The position numbers and the translations under genes are program-made. Of a DNA stretch of 64,000 nucleotides, positions 39,674 to 49,549 are shown piece after piece; within the stretch, counting starts at the first letter, position 1; the number at the start of each line of letters is the position of its first letter. The notes under the pieces were generated by a model, which worked only from the letters and a program-made list of their open reading frames with translations, had not been told where the DNA came from and searched no databases. Source of the stretch: Planctomycetota bacterium (GTDB lineage: Bacteria; Planctomycetota; B15-G4); assembly GCA_038212275.1 (NCBI GenBank), contig JBBQUR010000012.1, positions 32,001 through 96,000 on the forward strand, written 5' to 3'.

Positions 39674-42600
39674 GTGATCGAAGAAGGATCGGAGTTTCCA
39701 GAACTTGATTCCTCCGAAGCACGCCTGGCCCGAGAGGGTGAACGCCTGCTTGCGGCTGTGGTCGGCTCGTTGACGCCGTTGCTCCCCGAGGTGCTCTCCG
39801 GGCGCTACGTGCTGGCGGACACCCTGGGTCGCGGCAGCCACGGCCAGGTGCTGCGAGCGCAGGATCGCCTCACGGGCGAGGCCGTCGCGATCAAGCTGCT
39901 CGACCGCTTCGCGACGCGGCACCTGCTGCGCCTGCGCGCGGAGATCGCCGCACTGCGCATGCTGATGCTCCCGGGCGTCGCGCGGCTGTTCGACGAGGGC
40001 GAGGACGCGGGATTTCCGTACCTCGTTTTCGAGATCGTCCCCGGCACTCCGTTCCCCGGCGGACGTCGGACGTGGGAGGATCTGCGCTCGACGCTGGTCG
40101 CCTTGCTGGAGACGCTGGCGCGCGTGCATGCCGTCGGCATCGTGCACCGTGACCTGAAGCCCGCCAACGTGCTGGTCGATGAGGCGGGCCGCCCGACGGT
40201 GCTCGACTTCGGTCTCGCAATCCAGCAGGCGGCGGAGTCGCCCGGAGCGGAGTCGGGCATGCTCGTCGGCACGCCGGCCTACGCCGCGCCCGAGCAGCTG
40301 CAGGGCGAGCCGGTGGACGCACGCTCGGATCTCTATGCGGTGGGCTGCATGGTGTTCGAGGCGCTTGCCGGTCATCGGCCGCACCCCGGGGGAAACGTGG
40401 ACGAGTTGCTCACGGCGCGCCTGCAGCAGCCGGCGCCGCGGCTGAACAGCGTGGCGCCCGACGTGCCCGCGCACGTCGCCGAGCTGGTGGACCGGCTGCT
40501 GGAGCGAGATCCGGGCAAGCGCCCGCGCTCCGCCGTGGACGTGCTGTCCGCGCTTCGAGGCGGCTCGCCCACGGCGACAGCCGGCTCGCCGCTGCCGCTT
40601 CTCGGTCGAGAGCACGTGCTCGGAGCCATCGCCACTGCGGCGGCGAGCGGCCGCTGCGTGGAGATCGTCGGTGCGCCTGGCTCGGGGCGCACGCGCTGCC
40701 TGCGCGAGGCCACGGCGCGGCTGCAGGCCGCCGGGCGCCGCGTCTTCTCTGCCGCGCGAGCCACGTCGGCCTTTCAGAGTCTTGTCGTGCTCGCGGACGC
40801 GCTTCCCGACGACGAGCCTGCGGACTACGCCACCGCGCAGCGCTGGTTCACCGAAGCGCTCGAGCGCCGGCTGGCGACAGGCGAGGTGCTGTGCATCGAC
40901 GATGTCGAGGATCTGGATCGCTGGTCGGCGGCCGTCGTGTGCGGTGCGTGCGCGGCAGGCACGGTGCTCATGACCTGCACGACGGCGGCAGCGCTGGCGA
41001 GCCGCTCCGAGCTCGCCGGTCCGCGTGCGGCGAGCGCGACGCCGCCCGTGTCCGTCACGCTGGAGCCGCTCACGCAGCACGACCTGCGTGCGCTGTGCGG
41101 GGGGCCGGATCGACTGCTGCACCTGCGGGAGGATGCCGCCGCCGAGCTCTGGATGCGGACGCTCGGGCATCCGTCGCGCCTGGAAGCGGAAGTGTCGGCA
41201 TGGATCCGCGCCGGTCTCGCGCAGCGGGTCGGCGACGAACTGATCGTGCAGCGTCAGGGCCTCGAGCGCCTGAAGGCCGGCGTGGACGTCCTGCCACCGA
41301 CCAGCAGCCTGAGCACCCGCATCGAGGAGGATCTCGACGAGGTGCTGGCGTGGATCTCGCTGGCGTGGCCGAACACCCAGCGCGAGCTGCTGGCGCGCAT
41401 CGCCGAGCGGCCCCGCTGGCAGCTGGAGGCCGAGCTGGCCGCGCTCGTCGCCTCCGGGGCCGTGGGAGAACTGCCCGATGGTCGCGTCCGCGCATTGCGG
41501 GTCGCGCGCAGGCTGGAATTGCAGACGCTGGACGGAGCCTCGCGCCGCGAAGCACATGCACGCATCGCGGCCGCACTGCCTGCGGCGAGCACGGGGCGTC
41601 TCTACCACCTGCTTGCGGCCGGACGCGCAGCAGAGCTGATTCCGGAAGCGTGCGCGGCGGCCCGCGCCATGTCCGACGCCGGACGTCTCGGCGCCGCGGA
41701 GGCCGTGCTGCGCGATGCCAGCCAGGCCACGCGCGGCCAGGGCACGGCCGCCGACAGGCACGAACTCTTCCGGCTCTGGATCGACGTGGCCTTCGCCGAT
41801 CCGTCGCCGCTGGCACGCGACCGGCTGCTGCACGAGCTCGTGCGTGTCCAGCCACGGGACGCCGTGCTCGTGCGCATGGAACGGCTCGTCGAAGCGGCCG
41901 CGGCCACGTACCAGGCGGACGGGGACAAGGCGCTGCGCATGCTCGATGCGCTGACGCCTTTCGTGGAAACGGGTCTCGAGCTCTGGCGGCAGGCGTTGCG
42001 CGTGCGTGCCGCACGAAGAGCTTCACCGTCGCTCGAGGAGTCGGTGCTCGCGGAGGCGCGTTGCTGGGCAGCCGGGCAGCAGGGCGCCGAGGTCGAGGCC
42101 AGTTGCGCGGAGTGGGAGGGACTCTCCTGCTACGGCCGCTCCCGATTCGTGGAGGCCGCGCACTGGCATGCGCGCGCGGCCCTCCACTACACGCGCCTGC
42201 CGAGTCGGCTCTCCGCCCGACTCAATGAGGCCTCGTCCCGCCTCGAGGCCCTGCAGCTGGACGAGGTCATGCAGCTGGCCGGCAGTGTGTGCGCTGAGGC
42301 CCGCGAGTGTCGGCATGCCCTGTTCGAGGGCCGCGCCGAGTGGTTGCTGCGCGCCGCTCGCTACCGGTCCCGTGAGGCGCTCGTGCCCGACCTCGAACTC
42401 GTCGACGTGATGCAGCGGGCGGGACTGCCCGAGCAGGCGGCGCTGGTGTGCCTGAACGAGGCCGCGGTGGCGTGGCGAGCGCGACAGCCGGCGCTCGCCG
42501 CCGAACTCGCACAGCGCGCGGAAAAGTACTGGCATGGCAGCGGATTCACTGCCGGACGGCTCCTGGCCCGGTCGCTGGCCCTGCTGTGCGGCAAGCAGGA

Positions 42601-42856
42601 GCTGGACGGCGAGCGCGCGTGGTGCCTCGCCGAGGCCCTGCGAAGTCCGCTGCCGCAGATGGCGGCCCAGGCGCTGGCATTGCTGGCGCTCGGCGGAGAA
42701 GATCCGAGCGCCGACTGGCAGCCCGTCCTGACGCGCTTGAACTCCGTGCGTCCGGTGGCCTCGCCGGAGTTGCGCTGGGAAGTGTTGTCGTGGAGCGAAG
42801 TGCGGGCCGCCTGCACCAGCCAGGATGATGGCGGCGGAGAAGTCACCACTCTTTGA
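39674..42856 (+). CDS. Hanks-type Ser/Thr protein kinase fused to a P-loop (STAND/AAA-like) and helical repeat region
   Basis: LGRGSHGQV, VAIK, HRDLKPAN, DFG, GTPAYAAPEQ; LLGRE and GAPGSGRT (degenerate Walker A), CIDD; no TM seen. Confidence 0.9.
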   Translation: MIEEGSEFPELDSSEARLAREGERLLAAVVGSLTPLLPEVLSGRYVLADTLGRGSHGQVLRAQDRLTGEAVAIKLLDRFATRHLLRLRAEIAALRMLMLPGVARLFDEGEDAGFPYLVFEIVPGTPFPGGRRTWEDLRSTLVALLETLARVHAVGIVHRDLKPANVLVDEAGRPTVLDFGLAIQQAAESPGAESGMLVGTPAYAAPEQLQGEPVDARSDLYAVGCMVFEALAGHRPHPGGNVDELLTARLQQPAPRLNSVAPDVPAHVAELVDRLLERDPGKRPRSAVDVLSALRGGSPTATAGSPLPLLGREHVLGAIATAAASGRCVEIVGAPGSGRTRCLREATARLQAAGRRVFSAARATSAFQSLVVLADALPDDEPADYATAQRWFTEALERRLATGEVLCIDDVEDLDRWSAAVVCGACAAGTVLMTCTTAAALASRSELAGPRAASATPPVSVTLEPLTQHDLRALCGGPDRLLHLREDAAAELWMRTLGHPSRLEAEVSAWIRAGLAQRVGDELIVQRQGLERLKAGVDVLPPTSSLSTRIEEDLDEVLAWISLAWPNTQRELLARIAERPRWQLEAELAALVASGAVGELPDGRVRALRVARRLELQTLDGASRREAHARIAAALPAASTGRLYHLLAAGRAAELIPEACAAARAMSDAGRLGAAEAVLRDASQATRGQGTAADRHELFRLWIDVAFADPSPLARDRLLHELVRVQPRDAVLVRMERLVEAAAATYQADGDKALRMLDALTPFVETGLELWRQALRVRAARRASPSLEESVLAEARCWAAGQQGAEVEASCAEWEGLSCYGRSRFVEAAHWHARAALHYTRLPSRLSARLNEASSRLEALQLDEVMQLAGSVCAEARECRHALFEGRAEWLLRAARYRSREALVPDLELVDVMQRAGLPEQAALVCLNEAAVAWRARQPALAAELAQRAEKYWHGSGFTAGRLLARSLALLCGKQELDGERAWCLAEALRSPLPQMAAQALALLALGGEDPSADWQPVLTRLNSVRPVASPELRWEVLSWSEVRAACTSQDDGGGEVTTL

Positions 42857-43617
42857 TGCGGGGGATCGTCGTCATGATGCGTATCACGCCATTCGTGCTC
42901 GTGCTTGCGGCCGTGCTGTCACTGCCGTCGTGTGGATCGGATGAACCGCAGGCTCCGACGGTCGCCACGGGCCAGGCGTCCGATTCGCTCGCGAAGAATC
43001 CGGTGATTGCGCGGAACTACCTGCTGGAAGCCGGAGTCGTCTACGAGCTGCGCGAAGGCGAGAGCGCGAAAGGCAAGCTCAACGGCTACGCCTACGCCGT
43101 CGACTCGGAGAACGGCGCCACTCGCGACGAGTACTTGCTGATCATCCGCCCCAATCCAAAAAGCAAGTACTTCGGCAGGACGGAGGTGCCCTTCACGCTC
43201 GTGAAGAGCTCTGAGAAGGTGGCCGCCCTGAGCGAGTTCGTCAAGCTCGTTCGAGGCAAGTGGAGCAAGAACAAGTCCTCATACGTGCATGTGAAAGCCG
43301 AGCCTCTCCCGTGGCAGGACGGGATGAAGGCTTACGCGGCCCATCCTCCCAAGATGACGCAAGAGGCTGACCCCGGCACGGTGGGGATCTATCTTCCGGA
43401 GAACCGATTCGTCGGAGTGCTGATCATCGGAGAGGGTGACGACGATGTCGAGGAGTTGTCGCTGCTGTCCACGGAGGTGCTGAAGGCTTCGGCCACGACG
43501 TTCACGTTCAAGTGGCTGGCCAAGGCCGAGATGGCTGCGACACTCCCGAGTGACTCGTTGCCCACCGGTTGGTTCGCCGCGAAAGGCGTCGCCAACTTCG
43601 AGAAGGACATGCCGTAG
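42853..43617 (+). CDS. Hypothetical lipoprotein (start may be ATG 42874)
   Basis: VLAAVLSLPSC lipobox; Lys-rich; visibly lower GC than the flanks. Confidence 0.75.
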   Translation: MMRGIVVMMRITPFVLVLAAVLSLPSCGSDEPQAPTVATGQASDSLAKNPVIARNYLLEAGVVYELREGESAKGKLNGYAYAVDSENGATRDEYLLIIRPNPKSKYFGRTEVPFTLVKSSEKVAALSEFVKLVRGKWSKNKSSYVHVKAEPLPWQDGMKAYAAHPPKMTQEADPGTVGIYLPENRFVGVLIIGEGDDDVEELSLLSTEVLKASATTFTFKWLAKAEMAATLPSDSLPTGWFAAKGVANFEKDMP

Positions 43618-43766
43618 CCGCGGCGTCGCGCGGCGTCGCGAGACGTCGATGGCGCGACTCGTGCGTTGCGCCGGGCCTCGGCCCGGCCGCGGTCGAGCGG
43701 CGTGGTTCGCGAGTCGCAGCATGAGGCTCTTCCGCAACACAGTCGAGGCGGGCATCATGCGCCGCC

Positions 43767-44576
43767 ATGAGCAAGCGCACGTCGAAGGCCCGCATCGCCC
43801 GAAGTTCCGGCAGTTCGAAGGCTGAAGCGAAGGCGGCTCGTGTCACCGGGACGTCGAAGTCCGCAAAACTGAAGTCCGCGAAACCGAAGTCCGCGAAACC
43901 GAAGTCTGCAAAGCCGAAGTCCGCAAAGCCGAAGTCCGCAAAGCCGGAACCTGCGAAGCCTAAGTCCGCGAAGCCGGAGCGTGCCGACCTGCTGCCTGTC
44001 GGTGACGGCCGCATGCGTTGCGGCTGGGCGCGCAACGAGCTGTCGGCCGCGTATCACGATGCCGAGTGGGGCGTGCCGCTGCACGACGAGCGCAAGCTCT
44101 TCGAGTTCGTGATCCTCGAGGGCATGCAGGCAGGGCTGTCGTGGGACTGCATCCTCGGCAAGCGGGCTGCCTTCCGCGCGGCCTTCGCGCAATTCGACCC
44201 GGTGAAGGTGGCGCGCTTCACGGCGCGCGACGTCGCGCGGCTCATGAACGACGCGGGCATCATCCGCAACCGCCAGAAGATCGACGCCGCCATCGGCAAC
44301 GCGCGCGCCTTCCTCGCCGTGCAGAAGGAGTTCGGCAGCTTCGACGCCTATGCGTGGCCCTTCATCGATGGCCGTCCGCTCGTGAACCGCTGGTCCGGCC
44401 TGAAACAACTGCCGGCGCGCACCGCGCACAGCGACGCCTGGAGCAAGGACCTCAAAGCGCGCGGCTTCAAGTTCGTCGGCAGCACGATCATGTACGCCCA
44501 CATGCAGGCCACGGGCATGGTGAACGACCACCTCGTGGGTTGCTTCCGGCACAAGGCCTTGGCGCGCGGTCGCTGA
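43767..44576 (+). CDS. tag: DNA-3-methyladenine glycosylase I with N-terminal KSAKP repeats
   Basis: RCGWA, YHDAEWGVP, LEGMQAGLSW, IIRNRQKI, GFKFVG, GMVNDHLVGC. Confidence 0.95.
   Translation: MSKRTSKARIARSSGSSKAEAKAARVTGTSKSAKLKSAKPKSAKPKSAKPKSAKPKSAKPEPAKPKSAKPERADLLPVGDGRMRCGWARNELSAAYHDAEWGVPLHDERKLFEFVILEGMQAGLSWDCILGKRAAFRAAFAQFDPVKVARFTARDVARLMNDAGIIRNRQKIDAAIGNARAFLAVQKEFGSFDAYAWPFIDGRPLVNRWSGLKQLPARTAHSDAWSKDLKARGFKFVGSTIMYAHMQATGMVNDHLVGCFRHKALARGR
43857..43976 (+). repeat. 8 x 15-bp in-frame repeat encoding KSAKP
   Basis: AAGTCCGCRAARCCG units with synonymous variation. Confidence 0.95.
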
Positions 44577-44647
44577 GAGACCGCTGGCGCGAGTCGTCGA
44601 GGACCTTCGAGTGCCGCCGAGGTCCGTGGCCCGCCAGCGCGAGTCGT

Positions 44648-45886
44648 TCAGTCGACCGCGATGAGTTCGCGGTAGAGCGTGTCCCGCAGCACCGGCTGCC
44701 GTCCCGCCTCGCGGATGAGCGCGGCGAGCTGCGCCGTGGTGAGGCCCTGCGGCGTGGTGCCGCCGGCGTCGTGCGTGATGTGCTCTTCCTCCACGGTGCC
44801 GTCGATGTCGTCGGCGCCGTAGTGCAGGGCGAGCTGCGCGATTTTCATGCCGAGCATGATCCAGTAGGCCTTGATGTGCGGCAGGTTGTCGAGCATGAGG
44901 CGCGCGACGGCGATGGTGCGCAGCGCGTCGGTGCCCGTGGTCTTGCCGAGGCGCTCCAGCGGCGTGTGGTCCGGGTGGAAGAGCAGCGGGATGAATTGCA
45001 GGAAGCCGCCGGTCTCGTCCTGGATGGAGCGTATGGCCAGCATGTGGTCGAGTCGCTCGTCGGTCGTCTCGATGTGGCCGAAGAGCATCGTCGCGTTGGT
45101 GTGCAGACCGGCGCGATGCACGGCTTTGCACGTGGCGATCCAGCGCTCGGGCGGCAGCTTCTCGCGGTAGAGCTTCTTGTGGACGCGCGGCGAGAGCACC
45201 TCCGCGCCGCCGCCGGGGCATGAGTCGAGGCCCGCCTCGCGCAGTTCGGCCAGCACGACGTTCAGCGGCTTGCCCGCGATCTCCGCGATCGCGTCCAGCT
45301 CGATCATCGTGAAGGCCTTGATGTGCAGGTTCGGGCGCTCGGCCTTCACCGTGCGCATGAGGTCCAGGTAGTAGGCGTAGGGGAGCGCGGGGTTGATGCC
45401 GCCGACGATGTGCACCTCGCGCATCGTGTCGGTGAACTCGCGGCGCAGCTTGTCGCGCACGAAGTCCATGTCCATCACCACGGCGTCGGCCTCGTCGCCG
45501 TCGCGCCGGAAGGCGCAGAACATGCAGCGGTAGGCGCAGACGTTGGTGTAGTTGAGGTGGCGGTTGTAGGTGAAGGTGGTGCGCGCGCCGTTGAGCGACT
45601 CGTTGACGAAGTTGGCCAGCGCGCCCAGCGCATTGAGGTCCGGCGTCGCGAAGAGCGTGCGGCCGTCCTCGAGCGTCAGCCGTTCGTGGCGCAGCACCTT
45701 GTCGCGGATCGGGGCGAGGTCGGCCGGCATGTCCGCGAGGGCTTCGAGGTTGGCGAGGCCGGCGACGTCGACCGACCCGGGATTGGTGGGGCCGCGCCCG
45801 AACGGCCGTGCCCGGTGCGGGCCCGGCGAGCGGGCGGTGGGGCGTGACGTGGTCGCAGAGGGCACGGTCGGAGTGGGCGCAGTCAT
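44648..45886 (-). CDS. mqnE: Aminodeoxyfutalosine synthase, radical SAM (CofH/MqnE family)
   Basis: NRHLNYTNVCAYRCMFC, EVHIVGG, HIKAFT, PGGGAE, HIKAYWIMLG, DIDGTVEEEHITHDAG. Confidence 0.9.
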   Translation of the reverse strand: MTAPTPTVPSATTSRPTARSPGPHRARPFGRGPTNPGSVDVAGLANLEALADMPADLAPIRDKVLRHERLTLEDGRTLFATPDLNALGALANFVNESLNGARTTFTYNRHLNYTNVCAYRCMFCAFRRDGDEADAVVMDMDFVRDKLRREFTDTMREVHIVGGINPALPYAYYLDLMRTVKAERPNLHIKAFTMIELDAIAEIAGKPLNVVLAELREAGLDSCPGGGAEVLSPRVHKKLYREKLPPERWIATCKAVHRAGLHTNATMLFGHIETTDERLDHMLAIRSIQDETGGFLQFIPLLFHPDHTPLERLGKTTGTDALRTIAVARLMLDNLPHIKAYWIMLGMKIAQLALHYGADDIDGTVEEEHITHDAGGTTPQGLTTAQLAALIREAGRQPVLRDTLYRELIAVD

Positions 45887-45986
45887 GGTCGAGGATGATA
45901 GCGGCCGTCCTGCGGCGATGCCCGCCCGCGGCGCGCAGGCTCATTCTGAGTCGGCCCGCCGGACGAGCGTTCGGCGCAGACTGCGG

Positions 45987-46514
45987 TCAGCGGCTCAGGC
46001 CACCCGTCACGTAGTCGAAGACCGTCGACCAGTCGTAGCCGGGGCCCTTCCACGCGCCGGTCTGGCCGGCGTAGGCCGCGGTCTCGAAGTTGAGGATTCC
46101 CACCACGTAAAAGTCGGAGGGGATGCCCGCGTAGCCGGCGGCGTAGTGGTAGTAGCGATAGTGGTGGGTCGCGTCGTTGAGCGGATCCCGCACCGGCTCG
46201 CGCAGGTAGCCGGCCGCCACGAGCTGCGTGATGAACGCGCCGTCCACCGAGGTGTCCCAGCCGCCGTAGCCCGTCTCGGCGTCGTGGTCGGGCAGCGTGC
46301 CGGTGTCGTACAGGTAGGCGTCGACGGCCTGCACGACGGTCTTCAGGTCGGAGAGCCGCCGGGCATCGCGCGACCGGGCGAGGCGGTCGCCGACGACCGG
46401 CACGAGCACGCCGGCCAGCACGACCATGATGCCGAGCACGATGATGAGCTCGAGCAACGTGAAGCCGGCGCGTCGCCGATCGCCGGCCCGGCGGCGTGTG
46501 GGCGCCGTGCTCAG
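45987..46514 (-). CDS. GspG-like pseudopilin/pilin with probable CTG start
   Basis: Class III signal RRAG|FTLLELIIVLGIMVVLAG; the basic leader is only included if translation starts at CTG 46514, which overlaps the upstream TGA. Confidence 0.85.
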   Translation of the reverse strand: MSTAPTRRRAGDRRRAGFTLLELIIVLGIMVVLAGVLVPVVGDRLARSRDARRLSDLKTVVQAVDAYLYDTGTLPDHDAETGYGGWDTSVDGAFITQLVAAGYLREPVRDPLNDATHHYRYYHYAAGYAGIPSDFYVVGILNFETAAYAGQTGAWKGPGYDWSTVFDYVTGGLSR

Positions 46515-47209
46515 GGCGCACCAGCCGAGGGGCGGTCGCTCATCGGTTCGAGCAGCAGCGTGACGAGCGCGGCGCGGCCCGGCACGTTCAGGAGCACGCG
46601 ATCGTCCAGGATGCCGGCCAGCGTGAAGTCCGTGCCGGGCAGCGTGTCGCCCTTGCGCAGCATCCGGTCGTTGATGAGGGCGATCGAGCCGGCGCCGCTC
46701 TGCACCAGGCCGCGGAGCTTGATGGTGTCGAGCCGTGCCTGCAGCTCGCTGTCGGGCAACGCCGCGCCCGCGGTCCCGCTGCCCTGGCTGCCGGTCGACG
46801 AGAGCGGCAGCGCCGATTCGCGTGCGATGAGCTGCGCGAAGAGCGCCGACCAGTCGGGCTCGGCGCCGGATGCCGCGCCCGATGGGGCCTTCGTCGAGGC
46901 GGCTGCGGTCCCGTCTGCCGTTCGGCTCGCCGCCTCCGGTGCGCGGCGGTCCTCGGGCGTCGCGGACACGCCGCGTGCCGTCGCGCCGCCATCCTCCGCC
47001 GGCGTGGGCCCGCCTGCGCCTGCGAAGTCCGCGGGGCCGAGTTCGAGCGCCGCGACGGTGCCCTCGTGATCGACCGAGTCGTCGCTGTTCATCCAGACCA
47101 CGTCGTAGGCGACCACGCCCAGCGCGGCGACCAGCGAACCCGTGGCGAGCATGAGCTTGCCTCGCGAGGCGCCTGCCGGCACGAGATTCTGCAACCAGTC
47201 AGGCGTCAT
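46511..47209 (-). CDS. Bitopic PilP/GspB/GspC-like accessory protein
   Basis: GGAGG RBS; N-terminal TM, low-complexity linker, C-terminal LRGLVQSG..ALINDRMLRKGD. Confidence 0.6.
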   Translation of the reverse strand: MTPDWLQNLVPAGASRGKLMLATGSLVAALGVVAYDVVWMNSDDSVDHEGTVAALELGPADFAGAGGPTPAEDGGATARGVSATPEDRRAPEAASRTADGTAAASTKAPSGAASGAEPDWSALFAQLIARESALPLSSTGSQGSGTAGAALPDSELQARLDTIKLRGLVQSGAGSIALINDRMLRKGDTLPGTDFTLAGILDDRVLLNVPGRAALVTLLLEPMSDRPSAGAP

Positions 47210-47927
47210 CCGGTCCCTCCGTGGTGGCATCCGCCGCGTCCGGGGAGGCCGAAGCGCTGTCGCGCAGCTTCTCGATCGTGATGGTGAACTGCAGCTCGGC
47301 GTCGGCGGCCTGCCAGCGCAGCGAGCGCAGGCGCAGCGGTGCCGGCATCGCGCCGAGCACGCCGCAGAAGAGCAGCAGCGAGCTGGCGCGGCTGCGGCCT
47401 TCGAGCACGAAGCGATCGGCCTTCATCGCCTGCGGGACGCCCGTGACGCGCGGCCTGAGGTCGGCCGCCTTCTCGATGCGCGTGCCCAGCACGGCGACAT
47501 CGGCCCGCCTTGTCTCCTCGACGAGGAGCAGCCGCGCCTCGGGAAGCACGTCGGTGCGTGTGATCACGAGGCCGGAGGACTTCGCCAGCGCGAGCAGGAG
47601 CCTGGTCGTCTCGAGGCGGTCGTGCGGCGCCAGCAGGCCCGTCAGCTCGCGATCCATGCGCTGCGCTTCGTCCGCCAGTCCGGACACGCGGAGCGCACGC
47701 GTGGCCTGCTCCTCGCTCTGAGCATTCTCGATCCACCCGCGCAATTCGCTGGCACGGCTGCCGAGCTGGGAGCTCGCGTCCCACACCGGCATCGGCAGCG
47801 CCGCCATCACGCCGATCAGCAGCATCGTGCCGACGACCATCATGCTGCGCTGGCGCAGGGCGCGTCGGCGGATCGCCTCCCGCGTCTGGTCCGGAGCGGG
47901 CGGCGTAAAGGAGACGATGAAGCTCAT
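47199..47927 (-). CDS. PilO/GspM-like inner-membrane platform protein
   Basis: One TM, coiled coil, C-terminal ferredoxin-like pattern; operon position. Confidence 0.55.
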   Translation of the reverse strand: MSFIVSFTPPAPDQTREAIRRRALRQRSMMVVGTMLLIGVMAALPMPVWDASSQLGSRASELRGWIENAQSEEQATRALRVSGLADEAQRMDRELTGLLAPHDRLETTRLLLALAKSSGLVITRTDVLPEARLLLVEETRRADVAVLGTRIEKAADLRPRVTGVPQAMKADRFVLEGRSRASSLLLFCGVLGAMPAPLRLRSLRWQAADAELQFTITIEKLRDSASASPDAADATTEGPDDA

Positions 47928-49468
47928 TGCAGCAGCAGTCCGAGCGACACGTCTTCCTGGGCGTCGTCATGGCCGGGGCTGACCCGGACGGCGCCGCGGG
48001 TGGCGGTCAGCGATGCGCACCACGGGCGGGCCTTGAGCGCGTCGGTGAACGCGGCGAGGCGGGCCGACCGCGGGCCGCTGAAGTCGCCACGCAGGCGGAG
48101 TTCCAGGCGCGGGACCTCGGTGCCGACGGCATAGGCGTTGTTCAACCAGCCCTCGGCGGGAAGGGTCTCGTCGGGCAGAAGCAGCAGGGTCTCGAGCAGC
48201 GGCTGCACCGGATTGCCGTGCACGGTCTGCACGAGCTGCATCGTGGCGCGCTGGCTGTCGGCGCGCCGCGCCACGTCGATCAGCTCGTGGCGCTCGGCCA
48301 GTCCCGGCGCATACGCGGCGAAATCCGCCTCCAGCTGGTGGATCTCCTGTGAGACGGCCTGCACGGAGTGCCTGGCCACGCCCAGCGAGGCAAAGGCCGT
48401 GATCATCGTGATGACGGCCAGCACCGCCAGCGTCGCCGCGGTCTGCGCCAGCGGACGTTCGGTTTTCGGGAGCAGGTTCATGGCGCGGACACGCTTGCCG
48501 GCAAGCGGCGCGCCGTGGACCAGCAGGCCGGTGAGCGCCGCGAGACGCTCGGGAGCGATCTCCGCGTCGGCGCCGTCCAGCGCCACCTGCTGCGTGTGCG
48601 CGACAAGGCCGACCTCGGCCTTGAGGCGCTGCTCGAAGCGCGCGCCGTCGCTGGCGGTCAGGCCGCTGTACGTCACGCCGGCGGGCATGCGGCCCATGTG
48701 GCTCTCGGCGACGAACGTGGCCGTGCGCCGGACCTCGTTGAGGATCGTGGACACGACGCTTTCCTCGGCATCCGCCATCAGATCCGGCAGGAAGCGCAGG
48801 TACAGCGGCAGCCCGCCGCGGTGAACGCCGATGACGAGCGACGGATAGCAGTAGCGCGTGAAGAGCTCTATGCGGTCCGGTTCGTCCGGTCGGGTGCGAC
48901 CGAAGAGATCGAGCAGCGCCACCGAGGGCGGCACGACGCGCTCGACCGAAAGCCGTTCGCGGCGGAAGGCCCTGGCGTAGCGCTCGAGCTGCGCGCGGGA
49001 GGCCCACGCGAGCAGGACGTGCAGTGGCTCGTCGGGCGGCGCCGTGACGGGGGAGACGCAGGTGTGATCGGAGAGCAGGTCCTCCGTCGGCTCGATGATC
49101 TGCTCGCGGACGCGGCGCTCGAGCAGGGCCGACGTGGCGGCGGGCGTGGTGCGCGCCAGCTTGCATTGCGTCGCGGCGAACATGGATTCGAAGAGGCCGA
49201 TGCACGCGATCCGGCGCGAGAAGCCGTGCTCGCGCACGACCCTGGCGAGCATCGCGACGACCGAGTCCGGGTCGCTGTCCAGGAACTGGATGCCATCCTT
49301 GCCGTTGAAGACCAGGGCGTGCCGCCGGACGCGGACGCCGGCGGGACCCATGGCCAGCTCGGCCACGCAGATGCTCGCGCGGTCGATGAGCGCGACGGTT
49401 CCGTGCGGCACCTTGCGTCCCAGGCGCGGCACGGCAAGGGCGGTAGGGATTTCGGCTTCCATCGTCAT
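47924..49468 (-). CDS. PilM-PilN / GspL-like fused platform protein
   Basis: Cytoplasmic domain, then MNLLP motif typical of the PilN N-terminus, TM and coiled coil. Confidence 0.6.
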   Translation of the reverse strand: MTMEAEIPTALAVPRLGRKVPHGTVALIDRASICVAELAMGPAGVRVRRHALVFNGKDGIQFLDSDPDSVVAMLARVVREHGFSRRIACIGLFESMFAATQCKLARTTPAATSALLERRVREQIIEPTEDLLSDHTCVSPVTAPPDEPLHVLLAWASRAQLERYARAFRRERLSVERVVPPSVALLDLFGRTRPDEPDRIELFTRYCYPSLVIGVHRGGLPLYLRFLPDLMADAEESVVSTILNEVRRTATFVAESHMGRMPAGVTYSGLTASDGARFEQRLKAEVGLVAHTQQVALDGADAEIAPERLAALTGLLVHGAPLAGKRVRAMNLLPKTERPLAQTAATLAVLAVITMITAFASLGVARHSVQAVSQEIHQLEADFAAYAPGLAERHELIDVARRADSQRATMQLVQTVHGNPVQPLLETLLLLPDETLPAEGWLNNAYAVGTEVPRLELRLRGDFSGPRSARLAAFTDALKARPWCASLTATRGAVRVSPGHDDAQEDVSLGLLLQ

Positions 49469-49549
49469 GCTCCGGACCCGTGTTCATCGGAGGGGCGCGG
49501 TCGCGGGCTTGAGGCCGCGCGGCGTGCCGCCTGCACGGAATCGCGGCGG

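Noticed and set aside
44648..45886. CofH (F420 synthesis) call
   Set aside because: Motifs and co-occurrence with mqnA and mqnC favour MqnE
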